Shown: positions 1-6,430 of the stretch, piece by piece
Numbering within the stretch: the first letter of the stretch is position 1
Layout of the letters: each line of letters begins with the position of its first letter
Assembly (NCBI GenBank): GCA_001179505.1
Contig: CDMY01000997.1
Span: 1-6,819 of the forward strand
Reading direction: 5' to 3'
DNA from: Vitrella brassicaformis CCMP3155
Taxonomy: Eukaryota; Protista; Chromerida
DNA: 6,819 bases
Notes under the pieces: generated by a model
The model's database searches: none
Seen by the model: the letters and a program-made list of their open reading frames with translations, nothing else
What the model was told of the DNA's origin: nothing
Made by a program: the position numbers and the translations under genes

Positions 1-539
1 GCAGGTGCTGGTAGAGCTCCTTGACGTCGAAGCTGGTGGTGCACGCCTCCTGGGCCTCCTTCAGACCGCCCTCAACTACCTGTAGGGCCTTACACGAGCT
101 GGCCGTCGACAGCCGGGCGGTCGCGTGGACTGTCTCCTCTTGGCCTTCAGACTGGCCGTTTGCCGTGGCGATGGTTGCCTCCCGGCCCTTGACCGTGCAC
201 TTGAGCTGTGGTGCCCCGCCTGACTCGGTGAAGATCTTCATGGGCCGGTCGAAGGCAACCTGCTGAACGAAGACGGGCTGGCTGGGGCTTGCGTTGCTCA
301 CTGTCGATGTCCAGAGCGCACCGAACAAATCCACATAGCCCGCACCGGGCATCACAGCAACACTGAAAGACAAGGTCCAAGGAGCATGCGCCTTCGATCC
401 TCTGTTTTCTCTCCTTTTCTGTGCTTGCTTACCCAGTAACGACATGGTCTGCGAAGAGCTGCTGCACGTCCTTGCGCAGCTGTGTCTGGAACACCACAGA
501 TCGGTCAGCCCCGATGCTCTGTTTGCCGATGAGGGGGTG
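1..539 (-). other. Domain: dehydratase (DH), N-terminal hot-dog half, truncated by the window edge
   Basis: Starts HPLIG. The catalytic HxxxGxxxxP motif (HVVTGVAVMP, His at 444-446) is completed only after splicing intron 363..432. It is followed by PGAGYVDL, HATARL and FDVKELYQHL, with no stop from 362 to 1. Confidence 0.88.
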
Positions 540-3500
540 GCTGACTTCCTTCCACGGGAACGGCTGCCTGTTCTCGAACAGCCCCTCGGGCTGCGGCGCC
601 AGCTTGACCTCGATCTCCTGCATCACCGCTGACACCGTCGACAGCTCGCTCTTGCCCGGTTCAAGGACCGCCAGCCAGTTGAGGCTGTCCGAGGAGCCGA
701 GGCTGTCGCGACCCACACACTGCTTGCCGAGGTTGATGAGCGTCGGGCGGGGGCCCACCTCCACGAGGATACTGCAGCCCTCGGCGACGGTGGCCGTGAT
801 GCCGTCCATGAAGCGGACTGGCAGCGTGATGTGGCTGGCCCAGAAGTGACTGCTAAGGACCTCGTCGCCGGCCACCTTGCCACTCACGTTGGACACGAAG
901 GGTATGGAGGGCTTGTGCAGCTTGACCGAATCGAGCACCTCACGGAAGGGCTGCACGGTGTCCTCCATCAGCGGAGAGTGGAAGGCATGCGACACCGCCA
1001 GCAGACGATAGCTCTTGTCCGCATTCAGAGCTCTCATCACTGAGCCAACCTCGCTGCGAGTCCCGGACACCACGACACTCTTGGGGCCGTTGACGGCCGC
1101 AACAGAGACGGTCATGGTCTCATCCTCGCCCACACTTGCAATGCCCTTGAACACCTCCTCCTCGCTGAGACGACAGGCGGCCATGACGCCATCATTCTGT
1201 GGAGCGTCGTTCATGATTCGTGCTCGTTCCGCGATGAGCTTGAGTCCGTCCTCGAGGCTCATCACGCCGGCGACGGTGGCGGCCACGTACTCGCCCATGC
1301 TGTGGCCCATGACCACATCGGGCGTCACACCACGGCTCCGCAGCAGCTCCGCCAACGAATACTCAACAGCGAAGATCAGCGGCTGGGAGAACCGAGTCTG
1401 GTCGACGAGCTTCTGCATCTTCTGGCGCTCCTCCTGGTCGTCGCCTGGGAAGAGGACGTCGAGAGCCTTGATGGGCGCCAGATAGCGGTCAAGGATGCCG
1501 ATACATTGGTCCAGGCTCTGCTGGAACACCTTGTCGTTCTCGTACAGCTCCTTGCCCATGTCCAGGTGCTGCGACCCCTGGCCTGTGAACAGAAAAGCCA
1601 CTTTCTTCTTCTCGGCCTTGACGGGCACATTGGCCGCCTTGGTGGACTTGGTCGCCGGAGGCCTGTCCACCGCGGGCGCCTCCTCGAGAATGACGTGGGC
1701 ATTGGCGCCACCAAATCCGAAGGAGCTCACACCGGCGAGGAGCCGCCGGCCGGGCGGCGGTATGAGTGGGAGGGTCTCAGTGGGGAAGGCGACGGGGAGG
1801 CCCACGATGTCGATGTGCGGGTTGAGGGAGCTGAAGTGGAGATTGGGGGGCGTCTGCTTCATCTGCAGCACGAGCACAGCCTTGAGCACACCCGCAATAC
1901 CCGCCGCTCCCTCCAAGTGGCCCATGTTGGTCTTGAGGGCGCCCAGCACGAGAGGGTGCTCCGACTCCCGCCCTCCCGCAAACATGGCCTTGAGCGCGCC
2001 CACCTCGATCGGGTCACCGAGGGACGTACCCGTGCCGTGCGTCTCGATAAAGTCGATTGATGATGGTTGGAGGCCGGCCTGGCGCAGCGCCGACCTGATG
2101 ACCTGCTGCTGGGCCGGCCCGCTGGGGGCTGTCAGACTGGCTGCCCTCCCCCCGTGGTTGACGGCCGTGCCTCTCAGGCAAGCCAACACGCCCACCGAGT
2201 CGGCGGATGTGTCGGAAAGTCGCTTGAGGATGATGGCGGCCGCACCCTCACCACGAACATAGCCGTTGGCCGACGTATCGAATGCCTTGCATCGGGCGTC
2301 GGGAGCCATCATGCGCGCCTTGCAGAACCCCACCGTAACTTGCGGGTTGAGCATCAGGTTGATGCCGGCCCCCACACACGTGCTGCACACGCCTCGTCGG
2401 AGGTTGGAGACGGCGATGTCGAGGGCCACGAGTGAGGATGAGCATGCCGTGTCGACCGTCATGGATGGCCCCTGGAGGCCGAGAATGTAGGAGATGCGGT
2501 TGCTGAGGATAGATGCGGCGGCCCCGCTGGTGCTGTAGCTGCTCNNNNNNNNNNNNNNNNNNNNNNNNNNNNNNNNNNNNNNNNNNNNNNNNNNNNNNNN
2601 NNNNNNNNNNNNNNNNNNNNNNNNNNNNNNNNNNNNNNNNNNNNNNNNNNNNNNNNNNNNNNNNNNNNNNNNNNNNNNNNNNNNNNNNNNNNNNNNNNNN
2701 NNNNNNNNNNNNNNNNNNNNNNNNNNNNNNNNNNNNNNNNNNNNNNNNNNNNNNNNNNNNNNNNNNNNNNNNNNNNNNNNNNNNNNNNNNNNNNNNNNNN
2801 NNNNNNNNNNNNNNNNNNNNNNNNNNNNNNNNNNNNNNNNNNNNTCGAACATCTCTGCGCCGTCGATGAAGCCCCCCTCCCGGATGTACATTTTGCCCTC
2901 CATGTCGGGGTCCCCATCGTAGTGCTCGTCGACGTTCCAGCGGGTCAGCGGCACCTCCACTATCGCATCGCCGCCGGTGCTCAACAGCTCCCACAGCGAC
3001 CCCAGCGACGAGCTGCCGCCCGGCAGACGGCACGCCGCACCCACGATGGCGATAGGCTCGTCTGCCCTGATGCCGCCCACCAGTGTGCCGCCCTGTTGCG
3101 CGGCCTCCTCAGTGGCGCGGCCCTCCAGCTCGCCGACGAGGAAGTCGATGATGTCCTTCGTCGTTGGGTAATTGAAAATGAGCGTCGGCTCGATGTGCAG
3201 CGACAGCGTCTGGGACACGTTCCCGGCAAACTCCACCGCACCAAGGGAGTCGACACCCAGCTCGTGCAGAGGCGCGTCGAAGTCGAAAGTGTCGGTGTTG
3301 CCCAGGATCTTGGCCGCCGACGCCAATACTGCTGACTGGACCATCTCCCTCCTCTGTCCCATGGAGAGGCCCTGGCCCGTTGCCTTTTCCTGTGTCGCAA
3401 CGGAGCCGCCAGACGGCCTCGTCCGAGCAGCTGGGGAATCATCCTTCTCTCCTCCTGCGGCACACTCGGCTACTGACGCCTCGTTGGTGGGTAGGTGAGC

Positions 3501-5976
3501 TGCTGCGGCCTGCTCCTCGTTGTCCGTGTCGGGCCCAGCCACAACCTCATCCCAGATGAGGCCCGCCAGCTCCCTGTTGAGGAGGAGTTCACGCGTCTTG
3601 AACCGACGCACTTTGCCTGACGAGAGGCAGCGACAGAAGCCAAGGACAACACTGGTTGAATCTGACATTGTCCATCGGCATATGTGTACGTCAAATAGAC
3701 GTACCTGCTGTTGTCTTTGGGATGGTTCTTGGTTCGAGCAGCCATATGTGGAAGACGGGAAGCCCCACCTTGGCCGAGACGGCCTTGCATATCTCGCGGC
3801 CGACTTGCCTGTATTGAGCCCCTTTACTGGTGAACGCCTGCCACAGCCCCGAGAGCCATCCCAACGCCGTGCCGTTGTCCATCTTGATCTCGACCGCCAG
3901 ACCCAGCCGCTCGTGATCATCCACCTCCAGTGAGAACGCCGCCACGCATCCCTTGCGGACCGATTCGCAGCTCTCTGCTGCCTCCTCGATATCTTGGGGG
4001 AAGTAGTTGCGGCCCCGGACGATGATCATGTCCTTGATGCGGCCGGCGATGAAGAGTTCTTCCTTGTAGAGGAAGCCGCTGTCACCTGTGCGGAAGTAAA
4101 ACGGCTCCGACTTGTCCCCCGTGCGGTAGATGCACTGCCCGTGGAACGACTCCCGCGTCTTGTCGGGAAGGTTGAAGTAGCCACGGGCCGTGCTGCCAGA
4201 CATGATCCACACCTCGCCGCGCCGGCCCTCTGGCAGCTCCTTCAGAGTCTCGGGATCAACAATTCGAACTGAACGAAGCAGTCGGTGATCGACCGGCGTT
4301 GGTCATGGTGGGGTGTGTGTGTGTGCCTGTGTGTGTGTGTGTGTATGTGTGTGTACCGTCTATCCCAGGGAAGGGCACGCCGCATCCGACGAGCCTCTGG
4401 TAGCCGCCTGCGTCCGTATCAGCTTCATCCACCAACTCCACCACACCCTGGCCACACACACAGTCGGATGGTTGTCTCGTGTGCAGCCAGCCCATGTGTG
4501 CCGTGTGTTCGTTCATCATGTACTTGGCTCCTCAATTTTTTGGCATCGACATTGATGATGAGCGGCTCGCTATCGATGCCTTTGCGGCCTGTCACGAACA
4601 AGGTGTTCTCAGCCAATCCATACGCCGGAAGGAACATGCTTCGACGCACTCCTTTGCTCTCAAATTTCTGTTCAATAAGTCACATAGAGTGCGCACAGAC
4701 AGCCAGGGTGCTCATGAATCCTACGTTCTGTCGACAGCTAGCTTGCCTGCCGCACGCACGTACCTTGACGAATTTCTCCACGGTGGCTACTCGGATTGGT
4801 TCTGCCCCGCACAGGAACCCCATGACGTGGCTGAGGTCCAGGTCGTGAAACACGCTGTCGGGCATCTTGCGCGTCACCAGCTCAAAGGCGAAGTTCGGCG
4901 CAGCACACGCACACGCCTTGTAGCGACTCATGCCTGCGTGAATGCGAACGGCACACAGACCGAAAGCCATGCATTCAAGTCAAGCACCACTCGGCGGTCA
5001 GCTCGAGACTCGTGCTGACAGGCACCTCACCTTGCAGCCACAGGTAGGGCTTCCTGACGAAGTCGAGCGGTGAGATCTGGTAGAGCTCACATCCAAAGAA
5101 GATGGGCGTGCAGAGGAAGCCGATGAGCCCCATGTCGTGGTAGACGGGAAGCCAGGAGAAGAGCCGCAGCCGGTGGCCCCGCACCCGCTCGCTGATCTCG
5201 TGACGCTGCATCAGGATCTCGCGCGTCCTGGTGTACGGCTGGCCCGTCACTGTGATGTTGGGAATGGTCGGGTCGTCGATGTTGCTGTCACAGCCGTAGG
5301 CTGAGGCGCAGCAATGGACGTTGTGCAGCAGCGACCCGTGCGTGACTATCACCCCCTTGGGCGCCGCTGTCGACCCCGATGTGAACTGCAAAAAAGCAAT
5401 GTCACTCAGGCCGATGGACGGGGGGGTGAAGGACGCCTCGGGCTTGTCGTCTGCGGCCGTCCGCTTGAGTGCGTCGCTGGTGAGGATCCACTCGATGGAT
5501 CTCCACCTGTTGTCCTTGGCATAAAGGCCCACAACGGGGGCGATCCTCTGGTAGAAGGTGTTGGTGAGCGAGTAGCGCACCTCGGTGCTCTCGGCGATGT
5601 CGCAGAAGCGCGGCACATCGATGTCTGCCTTATTGGGGGCGGGGGGATACACAGGCACCGCAACGACGCCCGTGTAGAGGCAGGCGAGGAAGGCGATGAT
5701 GAAGTCGGTGCCGGGTGGGTAGCACAGGATGACTCGATCGCCCACCGACAGGCCAAGCTCCTCTATCAGAAACGCCCCGAGCCGCTGCACCTTCCTGAAG
5801 AGCTCACTGTATGTCAGCACCTCGGCCGGCTCCCCATTGCCGTCGAGCCATGTGATGGCGGGATGCTGTGGTATCTCATCCGCCCACTTGGCGAGGGCTG
5901 TGCCGAATGCCGACGCCCCATAAAGCTGGTGCAGCTGTGAGAGATCATGAGAGATTGGTCGGGGAGGGACCTCCAT
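1..5976 (-). CDS. Type I modular PKS/FAS megasynthase, 5' part (FAAL-ACP-KS-AT-DH...), 7 exons visible, 3'-truncated by the window edge
   Basis: Manual splicing gives one continuous frame. Exons are 5976-5031 (946 nt), 4933-4764 (170), 4667-4524 (144), 4447-4357 (91), 4268-3705 (564), 3616-433 (3184, includes the N gap) and 362-1. All six introns are GT-AG with matching phases (1,0,0,1,1,2), and each junction restores an expected motif: LWLQ-G-MSRYKA, EKFVK-KFESKG, LRSQ-GVVEL, PGID-V-RIVDPET, PKTTA-G-KVRR, DHVVT-G-VAVMP. ATG 5976 (gctATGg) is the first in-frame ATG after an in-frame TGA at 6031-6033. Confidence 0.93.
363..432 (-). other. Spliceosomal intron 6 of the PKS gene (70 nt, phase 2)
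   Basis: Donor GG|GTAAGC and acceptor ttgtcttTCAG|T. Splicing removes the TAA at 429-431 and restores the DH motif HVVTGVAVMP. Confidence 0.93.
700..1601 (-). other. Domain: acyltransferase (AT), predicted malonyl-CoA specific
   Basis: VAFLFTGQGSQ, TRFSQP, GHSMG with active Ser at 1299-1301, conserved Arg in ERARIM, VAAVNGP, SHAFHSP (HAFH at 978-989), PVRF and EVGP. The 3' boundary is approximate. Confidence 0.93.
1680..3059 (-). other. Domain: ketosynthase (KS), interrupted by the N gap
   Basis: Starts EPIAIVGAACRLPG. Catalytic Cys in DTACSSS (2442-2444), His in ETHGTGT (2037-2039) and His in KTNMGHLE (1917-1919). Ends GVSSFGFGGANAHVILEE. Confidence 0.96.
2545..2844. other. Sequence gap (300 N) inside the KS-coding region
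   Basis: Run of N from 2545 to 2844. The reading frame is the same on both sides (AEMFD...SSYSTSG). Confidence 0.99.
3126..3344 (-). other. Domain: loading acyl carrier protein (ACP)
   Basis: DAPLHELGVDSLGAVEF with the phosphopantetheine Ser at 3246-3248, followed by the ACP C-terminal signature PTLIFNYPT. Confidence 0.92.
3617..3704 (-). other. Spliceosomal intron 5 of the PKS gene (88 nt, phase 1)
   Basis: Donor CAG|GTACGT and acceptor ctctcgtCAG|GC. Splicing restores the A10 motif PKTTAGK. Confidence 0.93.
4269..4356 (-). other. Spliceosomal intron 4 of the PKS gene (88 nt, phase 1), contains an AC microsatellite
   Basis: Donor G|GTACAC and acceptor cttcgttCAG|TT. Splicing gives PFPGID-V-RIVDPET. 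Confidence 0.88.
4313..4354. repeat. Imperfect (GT/AC)n microsatellite
   Basis: gtgtgtgtgtgtgcctgtgtgtgtgtgtgtgtatgtgtgtgt is seen directly. It starts immediately after the intron 4 donor. Confidence 0.97.
4448..4523 (-). other. Spliceosomal intron 3 of the PKS gene (76 nt, phase 0)
   Basis: Donor CAA|GTACAT (weaker) and acceptor tgtggcCAG|GGT. The intron is needed to change frame into GVVELVDEAD. Confidence 0.8.
4668..4763 (-). other. Spliceosomal intron 2 of the PKS gene (96 nt, phase 0)
   Basis: Donor AAG|GTACGT and acceptor ttgaaCAG|AAA. Splicing joins EKFVK to KFESKGVRRSMFLPAYG. Confidence 0.9.
4934..5030 (-). other. Spliceosomal intron 1 of the PKS gene (97 nt, phase 1)
   Basis: Donor G|GTGAGG and acceptor cattcacgCAG|GC. 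Splicing joins LWLQ to G-MSRYK. Confidence 0.92.
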
Positions 5977-6430
5977 AGCGCTGATCGATGTGCTGTGAGT
6001 GTGGGCCACGCCACGAAGTCCAGAGCGAGCTCAGCGGGGCTGCTTCCGGGCGATGCGGTCTTGCCTGCCGTTTGAAGGGAGTGAGGATAGCCGGCGAGCT
6101 CAGCCACGTCGATCTGTGATAAAGATCTATGTAGCGACGTGCTTCAGACCCGCTCACACGTCCACATCTGCATGAGAAGAGAAAACAAGCGTGGCCTGCC
6201 TTCCGGTGAGGCTGCCGATGGATCAATTCCATGCTTGCTGACCTCCGAATGCTCCTGTTCGAGCCCACTCATGATGGCTTGTAATGATTTTCTGTCCTTC
6301 TCCCCTCAAGCGTTACACGACCAGCCCTACACCCTCGGGGTAATTTCGCTTCTGTTTGAGCCTTTGAAGGGCAGTGGAGGCCTGCTGGCGCGTAGTTAGA
6401 GTCAGGTGTCGCAGCATCTCTGTCGGCGTC
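5977..6430. promoter_or_regulatory. Divergent (head-to-head) intergenic region, putative bidirectional promoter and 5' UTRs
   Basis: 454 bp between the minus-strand PKS ATG (5976) and the plus-strand ATG (6431). The call is positional only, and no specific core promoter element was identified. Confidence 0.55.

Larger units (their letters stand above)
3570..5976 (-). other. Domain: fatty acyl-AMP ligase (FAAL)-type adenylation loading domain (exons 1-6)
   Basis: P-loop IAFLQFTSGSTAAPKG (5353-5385 core), SWLPVYHDMGLIG, APNFAFEL, FLPAYGLAENTLFVT, FRTGDSGF, GRIKDMIIVRGRNYFPQDIE and the A10 lysine motif IPKTTAGK. The FAAL-type insertion lies between AENTLFVT and LVGCG. The 3' boundary is approximate. 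Confidence 0.88.

Noticed and set aside
429-431. TAA at 429-431 as the gene end or as evidence of a pseudogene
   Set aside because: It lies inside the GTAAG donor of intron 6, and splicing restores the DH motif and an open frame to the window edge.
1015-2435. Long plus-strand ORFs (1015..1485, 1302..2060, 1495..2262, 2067..2435)
   Set aside because: They are antisense shadows of the GC-rich KS/AT coding strand and have no recognisable motifs.
3617-3920. N-terminal extension of the 1163-aa ORF (MITSGWVWRSR...)
   Set aside because: It is an off-frame reading of FAAL exon 5 plus intron 5. The true frame enters this ORF only at the 3616 acceptor.
4285-4848. Plus-strand ORFs with CVCVCV repeats resembling a Cys-rich protein
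   Set aside because: The repeats are translation of the intronic (GT)n microsatellite, antisense to the PKS.
5314-5940. 208-aa plus-strand ORF opposite FAAL exon 1
   Set aside because: It is an antisense shadow in register with the real codons and shows no independent homology signal.
3570-5976. Reading the adenylation domain as an NRPS A domain or an ordinary acyl-CoA ligase
   Set aside because: The FLQFTSGST, SWLPVYHDMGLIG, PNFAFEL and YGLAE motifs, the FAAL-type insertion and the adjacent ACP-KS fit a FAAL. No condensation domain is present.
5977-6009. ORF-track start at GTG 6009 (MAHTHSTSISA...)
   Set aside because: The locus is eukaryotic, so ATG 5976 in a good context is preferred to a GTG start.
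6169-6174. TGCATG hexamer resembling an ApiAP2-bound TGCATGCA element
   Set aside because: It is a single incomplete match that is expected by chance, and it overlaps the candidate splice acceptor.
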